A stretch of DNA of 63,873 bases, counting the filler. It is 10 parts of 10 records of this genome, joined end to end, with 100 filler letters (N's around TTAATTAATTAA, not from the genome) between each part and the next. Parts side by side here need not be neighbours in the genome. Positions count along the whole stretch, not along the records: positions 4,269 to 21,540 come from SRR20825010_4669; 9 more parts are not named here. The stretch is one strand, 5' to 3'. A program made the translations under genes and the position numbers. The notes beneath the pieces are model-generated. The model was not told the origin of the DNA, did no database searches, and saw only the letters and a program-made list of their open reading frames with translations. Positions within the stretch are counted from its first letter, which is position 1; each line of letters opens with the position of its first letter. This document shows, in pieces, positions 8,836-17,969 of the stretch.

Positions 8836-9600
8836 ATGACGCTTTTTGATTTGACGGGCAAAGTTGCCATTGTGACCGGTTCCACCAAGGGAATTGGCGA
8901 GGCGATTGTGCATCGTCTGGCTGAACATGGTGCGAAAGTCGTGGTGTCGAGCCGCAAGGCCGATGCTTGCGACAAGGTGGCTGGCGAGATCAATGCAAAG
9001 CACAAGGGTGCCGCCATCGCGGTGCCGTGCAATATCGGCGAAAAAGCCGATCTTCAGCGTCTCGTGGACACGACCAACAAAGAATTCGGCAAGGTGGATA
9101 TTCTTGTCTGCAATGCTGCTGTGAACCCGTTTTTCGGTTCCTCGCGTGACATTCCCGATGATGCTTTCGACAAGATCATGTCATCGAATGTGAAGTCGAA
9201 CCATTGGCTCAGCAATATGGTCCTGCCGCAGATGATCGAACGCAAGAACGGTTCGATCATTATCGTCTCGTCCATTGGCGGTCTCAAAGGCTCGTCCGTG
9301 CTGGGTGCCTATTGCCTGTCCAAGGCGGCTGACTTCCAGCTGGCCCGTAATCTCGCGGTTGAAAACGGCCCGCATAATGTGCGCGCCAATTGCATCGCGC
9401 CCGGTCTCATCAAAACCAAATTTGCGCAGGCGCTTTGGGACAATCCCGATATTCTGAAGCAGTCCACTTCCGGCGCACCGCTGAAGCGCATCGGCATGCC
9501 CGATGAAATCGCCGGTGCGGCCGTGTTCCTTGCCAGCGATGCAGGTGCCTTCATGACCGGCCAGAGCCTCGTCATCGACGGCGGTGCGACGATTTCATAA
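8836..9600 (+). CDS. SDR family oxidoreductase (DHRS4-like)
   Basis: TGSTKGIG, CNAA, catalytic YCLSK; GGGAGAG RBS supports start MTLFDL. Confidence 0.9.
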   Translation: MTLFDLTGKVAIVTGSTKGIGEAIVHRLAEHGAKVVVSSRKADACDKVAGEINAKHKGAAIAVPCNIGEKADLQRLVDTTNKEFGKVDILVCNAAVNPFFGSSRDIPDDAFDKIMSSNVKSNHWLSNMVLPQMIERKNGSIIIVSSIGGLKGSSVLGAYCLSKAADFQLARNLAVENGPHNVRANCIAPGLIKTKFAQALWDNPDILKQSTSGAPLKRIGMPDEIAGAAVFLASDAGAFMTGQSLVIDGGATIS

Positions 9601-9619
9601 CCGGCAAGACAATATCAGC

Positions 9620-10063
9620 ATGAAATATCCCGTCCATATCCGCCCCTTCCGTGCATCCGATCGTGCGGCATGGGACGGCCTATGGGCGGGGTATCTGACT
9701 TTCTACAAAACCGAACTCGATGCCTCGGTGTCCGACCATACATTCGCGCGGCTGCTGAGCGGCGAATTGATCGGGCTGATGGCGTGGGCGGCCGACCAGC
9801 CGCTCGGCATGGCCCATGCCATGCTGCATGCAGGCACATGGAGCCCCAAACCCGTTTGTTATCTGGAAGACCTGTTTGTGGCCGATGCCGCGCGTGGTCA
9901 GGGCGTGGGACGTGCATTGATTGAACATCTGGCGGAACGGGGCCGGGCAGAAGGATGGTTGCGTCTCTATTGGCAGACAGCATCTGACAATATCACTGCC
10001 CAGAACCTCTATGACAGATTGGCGCAGCGCACTGACTGGTTGCGCTACGAGCTTGAACTCTGA
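9620..10063 (+). CDS. GNAT family N-acetyltransferase
   Basis: YLEDLFV...RGQGVGRALI, N..AQNLY. Confidence 0.88.
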   Translation: MKYPVHIRPFRASDRAAWDGLWAGYLTFYKTELDASVSDHTFARLLSGELIGLMAWAADQPLGMAHAMLHAGTWSPKPVCYLEDLFVADAARGQGVGRALIEHLAERGRAEGWLRLYWQTASDNITAQNLYDRLAQRTDWLRYELEL

Positions 10064-10087
10064 TCCGAACAATATCATCTTCCAGAA

Positions 10088-10984
10088 ATGGACAATGACC
10101 GCATAGACGCAACGATAAAACACTATGTCGTGACGGGCGTATCCTCCGGGATCGGTCTTGCCCTTGCCCGCATATTGGTGGCGCAAGGTCATCACGTTTA
10201 CGGCACCCTGCGACAACAGGATGATGCCGACCGCGTTGGGACAGAGCTGGGCGATAGATTCACACCGCTCATCATGGACCTGAGCGACGAGACCTCTGTG
10301 CAGCATGCGGCGCAAACTGTGCGCAGGCATCTGGGATCCCGGACATTGGCAGGCCTCGTCAATAATGCCGGCATTGCTGTGCATGGCCCTTTGCTCGACA
10401 TGCCTATGAGCCGTATCGCAGAGCAAGTGGACACAGGTCTGCTTGGCGCATTGCGTGTCATACGTGCCTTTGCCCCGCAACTTGGTCTGGATACGACTTT
10501 GTCAGGCGCGCCCGGACGGATTTTGAATATCTCGGCCGGGACCGCGACAGTGGTTCCGCCCTTCGTCGGCCCTTACGGGATGACGGTGGCCGGCATTGAC
10601 ATTATGTCGGATGCGTTGCGGCGCGAGCTTCTGCTCGTCGGCATTGATGTTATCATTTTTGCAGTCGGCAATACCGCGACCCCGCTCTGGGACAAGGCCG
10701 AAGCCGAAGATATGCAGCAATACCGCAATTCGATTTTCTTCGAGGCACTGATGCGGTTCAGAATGCGTATTATCGAATATGGTCGGCAAGGTCTGTCGGC
10801 TGAATATACAGCATCGCGTATTGCCAAAGCGCTGACCGCGCGCCGCCCCAAGGCCAAATATCTGGTCAGCCCCAATGTCATCGCCAACCAGATATGGCCG
10901 CGTATGATGCCGCGCCGGATGCTGGACCGCGTTCTGGGGCGCACGCTGGGCCTTTTGGCGCCTAAATCCGGACCGGACGCTTGA
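10088..10984 (+). CDS. SDR family oxidoreductase, paralog with a degenerate active site
   Basis: TGVSSGIG and NNAG present; catalytic YxxxK reads YGMTV. Confidence 0.85.
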   Translation: MDNDRIDATIKHYVVTGVSSGIGLALARILVAQGHHVYGTLRQQDDADRVGTELGDRFTPLIMDLSDETSVQHAAQTVRRHLGSRTLAGLVNNAGIAVHGPLLDMPMSRIAEQVDTGLLGALRVIRAFAPQLGLDTTLSGAPGRILNISAGTATVVPPFVGPYGMTVAGIDIMSDALRRELLLVGIDVIIFAVGNTATPLWDKAEAEDMQQYRNSIFFEALMRFRMRIIEYGRQGLSAEYTASRIAKALTARRPKAKYLVSPNVIANQIWPRMMPRRMLDRVLGRTLGLLAPKSGPDA

Positions 10985-11040
10985 TCTTTCGGCTTGAATG
11001 ACCACTTCTAGCAAACGGGTCATTTGGGGAGAGAGTTCAC

Positions 11041-11892
11041 ATGAAAAGCGTTGTCATTACGGGTGTATCCACAGGCATTGGCTGGGGTGCAACCAAAGTG
11101 CTGATCGGCAAGGGTTTCCGCGTCTTTGGCAGCGTGCGCAAAGCCGAAGATGCCGAGCGACTGAAAAAGGAATTCGGCGAGCGCTTTGTGCCGCTTTTCT
11201 TCGATGTGACGGACGAGCCTGCCATCAAGAAAGCCGCCGAGGAAGTGCGCGCGGCGCTCAACGGCGAAACGCTGGCGGGGCTTGTGAATAATGCAGGCAT
11301 TGCTGTGTCGGGCCCCTTGCTTGATCTCGACGTCGAAGAATTCCGCAAGCAGATGGAAGTGAATGTGACGGGGCCATTTCTGGTCACGCAATCTTTCGCG
11401 CCGCTGCTGGGCGCTGACCGCTCGCTGAAAGGCGCGCCGGGCCGCATCGTCAATATCTCGTCAGTGGGCGGCAAGCAGGCCGCGCCCTTTATCGGCCCCT
11501 ATGCGGCATCGAAATTTGCCATTGAGGGCATGTCGGAAAGTCTGCGGCGCGAACTGATGCTGTTCGGGATCGATGTCATTATTATCGGCCCCGGTGCCGT
11601 GAAAACCCAGATCTGGAGCAAGGCGGAGGAGGTGGATATTACGCCTTTTGCCAATAGCGCCTATTATCCTTCGCTCGTGAAATTCCGCGAATATTTCCTC
11701 GCCAGCGGCAAGACGGGCCTTGCGCCTGAAAAGCTCGGTTGCGTCATCCACAAGGCGCTCACGACTGCAAAACCCAAAGTGCGCTACGCCGTCTTGCGGG
11801 GGCGCTTGCAGAACTGGACCATACCCCAGCTCCTGCCCAAGCGCTTTCTGGATCGCACGATTGGCAAGGCCGTTGGTCTGATCGAGAAATGA
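11041..11892 (+). CDS. SDR family oxidoreductase
   Basis: TGVSTGIG, NNAG, SS, YAASK all intact. Confidence 0.92.
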   Translation: MKSVVITGVSTGIGWGATKVLIGKGFRVFGSVRKAEDAERLKKEFGERFVPLFFDVTDEPAIKKAAEEVRAALNGETLAGLVNNAGIAVSGPLLDLDVEEFRKQMEVNVTGPFLVTQSFAPLLGADRSLKGAPGRIVNISSVGGKQAAPFIGPYAASKFAIEGMSESLRRELMLFGIDVIIIGPGAVKTQIWSKAEEVDITPFANSAYYPSLVKFREYFLASGKTGLAPEKLGCVIHKALTTAKPKVRYAVLRGRLQNWTIPQLLPKRFLDRTIGKAVGLIEK

Positions 11893-11987
11893 ATTCCGCG
11901 ATACGGAATTTATAAGGAAGATGCTCGACGCAGTGTCCGCCATGCGTAATGGTTCCGCCTCAAATCTGAAGAATGAGGGGAACGCAC

Positions 11988-13307
11988 ATGGCCGATCTGT
12001 TGGCACTGTCGGAACGCTTTATCGACAATGACATTTATGAAGGCGCGGGCCTCGTCAACCGCCCGACGATGGAACTGTCGGAACTGGGAAATGGCATCGC
12101 GCTGATCGAGGCCTTTTCCCATGTCGTGACATTCAAGTCCGGCGACGGGCTGGTGCTGTTTGATACGAGCCTTGAAGCCTTTGGCGGCGGTGTTCTGCAA
12201 TCCTTGCGCCGCTGGACAGACGAGCCGGTCAATCATATCTGCTACACGCATGGCCATGCCGACCATGTGGGCGGCACGAACCATTTTGTCTGCGAAGCCT
12301 GCGAGAAGGGCCATCGTCGTCCGCGCATTGTTGGCCACGAAAATGTCAGCCCGCGCTTCCGCCGCTATGAAGCGACCAACGGCTATAATTTCACGATCAA
12401 TGCCCGTCAGTTTGCACCCGCGACCGAGTTGCGCATGGGGCAGGGCGGTGGCGGCGATAGCGCCCGTCGCTTCGGTCCCGATCCGTGGATCGAGCCCGAT
12501 CTGACCTTCCGTGACCGCATGGACATCAAGGTGGGCGATCTGCATTTTGAATTGCATCACGCTATCGGCGAGACGGATGACCATCTCTGGGCCTATGTGC
12601 CGGAGCACAAAGCGATCTGCTCGGGCGATTTTGTGACCTGGGTGTTCCCCAATGCTGGCAATCCGCAGAAGGTGCAGCGCTATCCGCTGGAATGGGCGAA
12701 AGCCTTGCGCGAGATGATCGCGAAAGAGCCGGAGCTTTTGCTGCCAGCTCACGGGCTGCCGATTGGCGGCAAGGATCGCATTGCTACGGTGCTCGGCAAT
12801 ATCGCTTCCGCGCTTGAGACACTGGTCGAGCAGACCGTGGACATGATGAACAATGGCGCGCGCCTCGACGAGATCATCCATTCGGTCAAAGTGCCTGCCC
12901 ATCTGATGGACAAGCCTTACCTGCAGCCCGTCTATGACGAGCCGGAATTTGTGATCCACAATATCTGGCGGCTCTATGGCGGCTGGTATGACGGCAATCC
13001 GGCAAACCTGAAGCCTGCTTCGGAAGCGGCCCTCGCCATCGAAATGGCGCATCTGGCCGGCGGCGCAAAGGCGCTGGCCAAACGCGCGACAGACCTCGTG
13101 GCGGAAGGCGATCTGCGTCTTGCCTGCCATATCGCTGAAATGGCGGGACTGGCCGCACCGGACGATATCGAAGTGCATGGTGCGCGGGCCGAAGTCTATG
13201 CCGCGCGCCGCAAGGCCGAAGCCTCGCTTATGTCCAAAGGCATTTTCGGATTTGCAGAGCGCCAGTCCTTGCAGATTGTCGGCGAGCATAATCAGAAGAA
13301 GAATTAA
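11988..13307 (+). CDS. Alkyl/aryl-sulfatase-like MBL-fold hydrolase (SdsA1/BDS1 family, with dimerization domain)
   Basis: THGHADHVGG, GETDDH, PNAGNPQKVQRY, PAHG, GGWYDGNPANL. Confidence 0.85.
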   Translation: MADLLALSERFIDNDIYEGAGLVNRPTMELSELGNGIALIEAFSHVVTFKSGDGLVLFDTSLEAFGGGVLQSLRRWTDEPVNHICYTHGHADHVGGTNHFVCEACEKGHRRPRIVGHENVSPRFRRYEATNGYNFTINARQFAPATELRMGQGGGGDSARRFGPDPWIEPDLTFRDRMDIKVGDLHFELHHAIGETDDHLWAYVPEHKAICSGDFVTWVFPNAGNPQKVQRYPLEWAKALREMIAKEPELLLPAHGLPIGGKDRIATVLGNIASALETLVEQTVDMMNNGARLDEIIHSVKVPAHLMDKPYLQPVYDEPEFVIHNIWRLYGGWYDGNPANLKPASEAALAIEMAHLAGGAKALAKRATDLVAEGDLRLACHIAEMAGLAAPDDIEVHGARAEVYAARRKAEASLMSKGIFGFAERQSLQIVGEHNQKKN

Positions 13308-13364
13308 AAGAAGGCCTCAAGACCTTCGATGAGACGCCAAGTTTAGGGAGCGTCCGGGAACGGG

Positions 13365-13399
13365 AAGGGCCTGACTGAGAAATCAGTCAGGCCCTTTTT
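13365..13399 (+). terminator. Strong intrinsic terminator
   Basis: 14-bp stem AAGGGCCTGACTGA-gaaa-TCAGTCAGGCCCTT followed by TTT. Confidence 0.75.
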
Positions 13400-13548
13400 G
13401 TGTTTTACCTCCCCGCGAGGGGGAGGTGGGTTTAAAGGCCGGTTTTTTTTGGTCAGGCTTTTCGATTATGGGACGACGCTGAATGAAGCACTATGTAGTC
13501 TTGATGCTGCTGCGGTCTGTAGAGGGTTTTGCGCCCGGGAGTGTGTGA

Positions 13549-13959
13549 ATGTCGTTTCTTCGATCATTCTCGATTCAAATTTCAATGAGCTTGATGGTCA
13601 TTCTCGGTGTGGCCTCAACGCTGATCCTGTTTTTTGCGCAAACGCCTCAGGCAAATGGTATGATCGCCGAAATTGAGAAAGTGATCGAAGATAACAGAAA
13701 CCCGATCATCGACGTGATGCCGATAGTTGAAAAATATCTGGGTCCTTCTATTGCCGAAGGACAAGCTGTCGATTTTCTGGAATCTCAAGGGTTTGATGTT
13801 GCAAGGCTGATGGAGCAGGGCGAGCCCAGAATTCTGGCGCACAGGAAAGTCGGCCCACCTTCGATTTCGGGCTTTCACTATGAAGTCAAAATTCTTCTGA
13901 AATCGAACGAGCAGTTGGCTCAAGTTATTTTGGCGCAGGTCATTTATAGAGCGTTATAG
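13549..13959 (+). CDS. Hypothetical exported or membrane-anchored protein
   Basis: 136-aa ORF with an N-terminal hydrophobic segment, followed by a long hairpin at about 13970-14016. Confidence 0.55.
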   Translation: MSFLRSFSIQISMSLMVILGVASTLILFFAQTPQANGMIAEIEKVIEDNRNPIIDVMPIVEKYLGPSIAEGQAVDFLESQGFDVARLMEQGEPRILAHRKVGPPSISGFHYEVKILLKSNEQLAQVILAQVIYRAL

Positions 13960-14040
13960 ATCGACCGCGCCTCCCAACTCGAAAATCTGTTTGAGATTTT
14001 TTTGAGTGGGGGAGCTTGGCGCAAAACATTGACCTCTGCA

Positions 14041-14078
14041 CCCCCTCCCTAGCCCTCCCCCCTCAGCAGGGGGAGGGG
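14041..14078. repeat. C-rich/G-rich palindromic intergenic repeat
   Basis: CCCCCTCCCTAGCCCTCCCCCCTCAGCAGGGGGAGGGG; related short copy ACCTCCCCGCGAGGGGGAGGT at 13407-13427. Confidence 0.5.
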
Positions 14079-14097
14079 ATTAAAGGCGAAGGGTGGC

Positions 14098-15441
14098 TTA
14101 CGAAACCTTATCCAGCACCTTCTCGAAGCGTTCGAAAATATCCGTGATCTCATTATTGGAGATGATAAGCGGAGGCGAGAAGGCGATTGTGTCGCCTGAG
14201 ACGCGGACCATCATGTTGAGATCGTGGAAAGCGGTGCACATGGCGTCAAAGCCGCGCTTGCCCGGCAAGCCTTCGACGGGCACGAGATCGACGGCGCCGG
14301 CCATGCCGATGCAGCGGATGTCGGCGACGAGCTTGTGGTTTTTCAGGCTCATGATCGCTTCTGCAAAATGCGGTTCCATTTCGCGGGCGCGTTCAAAGAG
14401 CTTTTCGTCACGATAGACATTGAGCGTGGCAAGACCGGCTGCGGCCGCCATCGGGTGGCCTGAATAGGTGTAGCCGTGGAACAGGTCGATCATGTGATCA
14501 GGGCCGGTCTGGAAGGCGTCATAGATGTGCTTGCGCACGACCGCGCCGCCCATGGGGATGGCACCCGATGTAATGCCCTTGGCGAAGGTGAGAATGTCCG
14601 GTGTGACGCCGAAGCGTTCAGCCGCCGTGGCATAGCCCAGACGGCCATAGCCGGTGATGACCTCGTCGAAGATCAGCAGGATGCCGTGCTTGGTGCAAAG
14701 CTCGCGCAGACGCTCCAGATAACCTTTGGGCGGCGGCAGCACACCTGTGGAACCCGCCATAGGCTCGACAATGACGGCAGCGATGGTGGAAGCGTCATGC
14801 AGTTCGACCAGACGCTGCAATTCATCCGCCAGATGCGCGCCCCATTCGGGCTGGCCGATGGTGAATTGCTGCTCGGCGCGATTATAGGTGTGGGGCAGGT
14901 GATCGACACCGGCCAGCAGGGGTCCGAAAAATTTGCGGTTGGCAACCATGCCGCCGACCGAGATGCCGCCAAAGCCGACGCCGTGATAGCCGCGTTCGCG
15001 ACCGATGAGGCGGGTGCGGCTGCCCTCGCCATTGGCGCGGTGATAGGCGATGGCCACTTTGAGCGCCGTGTCGGCGGCTTCAGAGCCCGAATTGCAGAAG
15101 AGCACATGGTCCAGATCGCCGGGCATCAGATCGGTGATGCGGGTGGCAAGCTCGAAAGCCTTGGGGTGGCTGAACTGGAAGCTCGGCGCGAAATCAAGCT
15201 CGGCCGCCTGTTCCTGAATGGCCTTTACGATCTCGTCGCGGCAATGACCGGCATTGGAGCACCACAGGCCCGCTGTCGCATCCAGCACTTCTGTACCGTC
15301 CGGCTTGAAATAGGACGTATCCTTGGCGCGCGAAAGCAGGCGCGGCTCGCGCTTGAACTGGCGGTTGGGCGTGAAGGGAAGCCAGTTGGATGACAGATCA
15401 TTGGGACTGGCTTTGCCTTTGGCGGCTGTATCGGCGCTCAT
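14098..15441 (-). CDS. Class III omega-amino acid:pyruvate aminotransferase
   Basis: WLPFTPNRQF, AGLWC, SGSEA, YHGVGFGG, LLIFDEVITG, PLP Lys in TFAKG, HGYTYSGHP. Confidence 0.92.
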   Translation of the reverse strand: MSADTAAKGKASPNDLSSNWLPFTPNRQFKREPRLLSRAKDTSYFKPDGTEVLDATAGLWCSNAGHCRDEIVKAIQEQAAELDFAPSFQFSHPKAFELATRITDLMPGDLDHVLFCNSGSEAADTALKVAIAYHRANGEGSRTRLIGRERGYHGVGFGGISVGGMVANRKFFGPLLAGVDHLPHTYNRAEQQFTIGQPEWGAHLADELQRLVELHDASTIAAVIVEPMAGSTGVLPPPKGYLERLRELCTKHGILLIFDEVITGYGRLGYATAAERFGVTPDILTFAKGITSGAIPMGGAVVRKHIYDAFQTGPDHMIDLFHGYTYSGHPMAAAAGLATLNVYRDEKLFERAREMEPHFAEAIMSLKNHKLVADIRCIGMAGAVDLVPVEGLPGKRGFDAMCTAFHDLNMMVRVSGDTIAFSPPLIISNNEITDIFERFEKVLDKVS

Positions 15442-15574
15442 GGATGTCTCCGGACGGAATATGGGTACTGAAGCTCCAGATCAGACTGCCGACCCGACCT
15501 GAAATCAAGGGGAGGCGCGGAGCGACCTGAGAGGAATGTTGAGTATCTTAAACGCCCAATCTATCCTCATTCGC

Positions 15575-16195
15575 ATGCCAAAAGACAGTGCCAGAACATT
15601 TCGTCGTGCCCATGGCGGCCAGCCCCCTGCAACAGAGGCGGAGGGCGACCTGCCCGATATCGGCCAGCGCTTGCGCGAATTGCGCACTATGCACGGTCTG
15701 TCGCAACGCGAGCTGGCCAAACGCGCGGGCGTGACCAATGGTACGATCTCGCTGATCGAGCAGAACCGCATCAGCCCGTCCATGGGATCGCTGAAAAAGG
15801 TGCTGGACGGGTTTCCCATCTCGATTGCCGATTTTCTGACGCTCGATCTGAAGCCGCGCTCCAAAGTATTCTATGCCGCCAAGGAATTGCGCGAGATTGG
15901 CGGCGGCGCGATTTCATTCAAGCTGGTGGGGCGCGATACGCAAGACCGCGATATCCAGATGATGCATGAACGCTATCAGCCCGGCGCCGACACAGGCTCC
16001 GACATGCTGTCGCATACGGGCGAGGAAAGCGGCATTGTCGTCTCCGGCCTGATCGAGCTGACAGTGGGCGGCGAGACACGCACGCTGACGGCAGGCGATG
16101 CCTATTATTTTGATAGTCGCCTGCCGCACCGCTTTCGCAATACGGGCACGATTGATTGCGTCATCGTCTCGGCCTGCACGCCGCCGAGTTTTTGA
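15575..16195 (+). CDS. XRE-HTH/cupin transcriptional regulator (PuuR-like)
   Basis: GLSQRELAKRAGVTNGTISLIEQN HTH plus cupin HTGEE...PHRFRN; divergent from the aminotransferase. Confidence 0.88.
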   Translation: MPKDSARTFRRAHGGQPPATEAEGDLPDIGQRLRELRTMHGLSQRELAKRAGVTNGTISLIEQNRISPSMGSLKKVLDGFPISIADFLTLDLKPRSKVFYAAKELREIGGGAISFKLVGRDTQDRDIQMMHERYQPGADTGSDMLSHTGEESGIVVSGLIELTVGGETRTLTAGDAYYFDSRLPHRFRNTGTIDCVIVSACTPPSF

Positions 16196-16237
16196 TTCTT
16201 TCTTCACCTACCCACAAAGGTGAGGGAAGAAAACTCA

Positions 16238-16765
16238 TCAGGCCGCATTTGGCTGATGGATCTGGATATCGGTGGGCGGCTTGGAGAAGGCGGGTTCTTT
16301 CGCATCCAGCGCCGCCAAGGCTTCTTCGCGGTCGGCCTGATTGAACGCGCCGGTTGTCAGGCAGAACTCGACGAAATTGTCGTTCGGGTCTTTGGTGTAA
16401 ACCGAATAGCACCAGTTATGGTTGATTTCGAGCACCTGTAGGCCCGCATCGAGCCAGCGCTGCTTGCGCTTTTGCAATTCCTCCATGTCTTTCACATCAA
16501 AGGAGATGTGATTGATATGGTCGGGCACGCCAGCGGCTTTGGACAGATTGGTCTCGAAATTCTCAGTGCCCGGCATGTCATGCATTTCCCAGAAGGCGAT
16601 GAATTTTGAATCGTCTTCCATGCGATAGAAAAAATGCTTGGCCCAGCCGCCTTGCGGGGAAGGCCCGACTTCGACCTTTACAAGTTCAAAGCCCATCACG
16701 CCTTCATAGAAAGCATGGATTGCCTTGATGTCGCGCGCAGCAAGCGCCAGATGATGATATCCCAT
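16238..16765 (-). CDS. VOC (glyoxalase-like) family protein
   Basis: YHHLAL...FYEGVMG, NHISF, SVYTKDPNDNFVE. Confidence 0.85.
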   Translation of the reverse strand: MGYHHLALAARDIKAIHAFYEGVMGFELVKVEVGPSPQGGWAKHFFYRMEDDSKFIAFWEMHDMPGTENFETNLSKAAGVPDHINHISFDVKDMEELQKRKQRWLDAGLQVLEINHNWCYSVYTKDPNDNFVEFCLTTGAFNQADREEALAALDAKEPAFSKPPTDIQIHQPNAA

Positions 16766-16768
16766 TCC

Positions 16769-17416
16769 TCAATCCTCCTTCTTGTTTGTGTCGACCATGT
16801 TCATGACGTCGTTGGAGCTGCCTGTCGGCGCGGCGATTTCGACAATGCGTTCATCCACATCATCATATTCCAGCCGCAGCGCACGGCTCATCGTGGCGTG
16901 CATCTCATAGGTGCAGGTGGTGTAGGTGAATTCCAGTATCTCCTCGTCGGAGAGATGTTTTTTCATCTCGTCAAAGATCGCATCGGGCACGCGGCCACCC
17001 TGCAGGACGAGGCAGTCTGTATAGGCCAGCAGCGCGCGCTCGACGGGGCTGAAGCATGTGGCGACCTGCCAATGCGGAATGGCCGCGATCTGCTCTTCGC
17101 TGAAGCCGACATCGCGGCAGGCCTTGCAATGCTGCGAGAAGACGAATTGCGAGCCGCGCGCAAAACCTGCCCTGATCTGGCCGAGTTCGCGCAGCTTGGG
17201 CGAAATCTTGCGGTTGGGGCTGCGATAAAACTGGAAGCCCTCGGTCGTGTGTTTGAAAGCGTCCGGCACCAGCGCGAAAACCGTCCACCAATTGCCCGGT
17301 GTGCCCGTGGCCGTGCCCGGCTCTTTCACCGGATCGCGATCACCAAAGAGCAGCTTGTAAATCTGCTGTGCGAACGGATCTGCGTCCGCTTTTGCTACCT
17401 GCCTCAGTCGCGGCAT
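16769..17416 (-). CDS. Carboxymuconolactone decarboxylase/AhpD-like family protein
   Basis: LRELGQIRAG...VFSQH, ERALLAYTD, LSDEEILE pattern; no canonical CxxC at the AhpD position. Confidence 0.75.
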   Translation of the reverse strand: MPRLRQVAKADADPFAQQIYKLLFGDRDPVKEPGTATGTPGNWWTVFALVPDAFKHTTEGFQFYRSPNRKISPKLRELGQIRAGFARGSQFVFSQHCKACRDVGFSEEQIAAIPHWQVATCFSPVERALLAYTDCLVLQGGRVPDAIFDEMKKHLSDEEILEFTYTTCTYEMHATMSRALRLEYDDVDERIVEIAAPTGSSNDVMNMVDTNKKED

Positions 17417-17459
17417 GGTGTTCCTCCCCTTGCAATGCTCCCGAAATCATGGAAAAAAC

Positions 17460-17474
17460 GTAAGATAAACTTAC
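17460..17474. promoter_or_regulatory. Probable MarR operator
   Basis: GTAAG-ataaa-CTTAC palindrome in the 82-bp divergent intergenic region. Confidence 0.55.
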
Positions 17475-17498
17475 AAATCACGCAAGCGGGATTTCGGC

Positions 17499-17969
17499 AT
17501 GGCACGCCCGACCGGACTTTTGATAGCCCAACTGCTCAACCGCTTTATGTGGTTTGACGGGGCGCTGCAGGCCAATCTGGACAGGCGCGGCTTCGGCGGG
17601 GTGCGCCGCCTTGAATCCATGACAATGGTCTATGTTCATGCAGGCATGACCCGCCCGAGCGATCTTGCCCGCGCGATCGGCGTCACGCGGCAATCCATGA
17701 ACACGGCCTTGCGCGAGCTTGAGGAGAAGAAACTTGTGGCGCTCGTGCCCGATCCTGATGACAAACGCTGCAAGATCGTGACATTCGATCCCGCGGGAGA
17801 TGCCATGCGGGCCGAGGCGCAAGATGTGATGGAAGCGCTGGAAGCCTTGCTGGACGAGCGGCTGGGCAAGGGCGCTGCCGACAAGCTGTCGGCCCTGCTC
17901 GGCGCGGATTGGGGAGATGCGCCCATGTTGACGGCGAGTGACGCGAGACAGAAGAAAGACAAGAGATGA
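17499..17969 (+). CDS. MarR family transcriptional regulator
   Basis: RPSDLARAIGVTRQSM...LV..PDPDDKR winged helix. Confidence 0.88.
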   Translation: MARPTGLLIAQLLNRFMWFDGALQANLDRRGFGGVRRLESMTMVYVHAGMTRPSDLARAIGVTRQSMNTALRELEEKKLVALVPDPDDKRCKIVTFDPAGDAMRAEAQDVMEALEALLDERLGKGAADKLSALLGADWGDAPMLTASDARQKKDKR

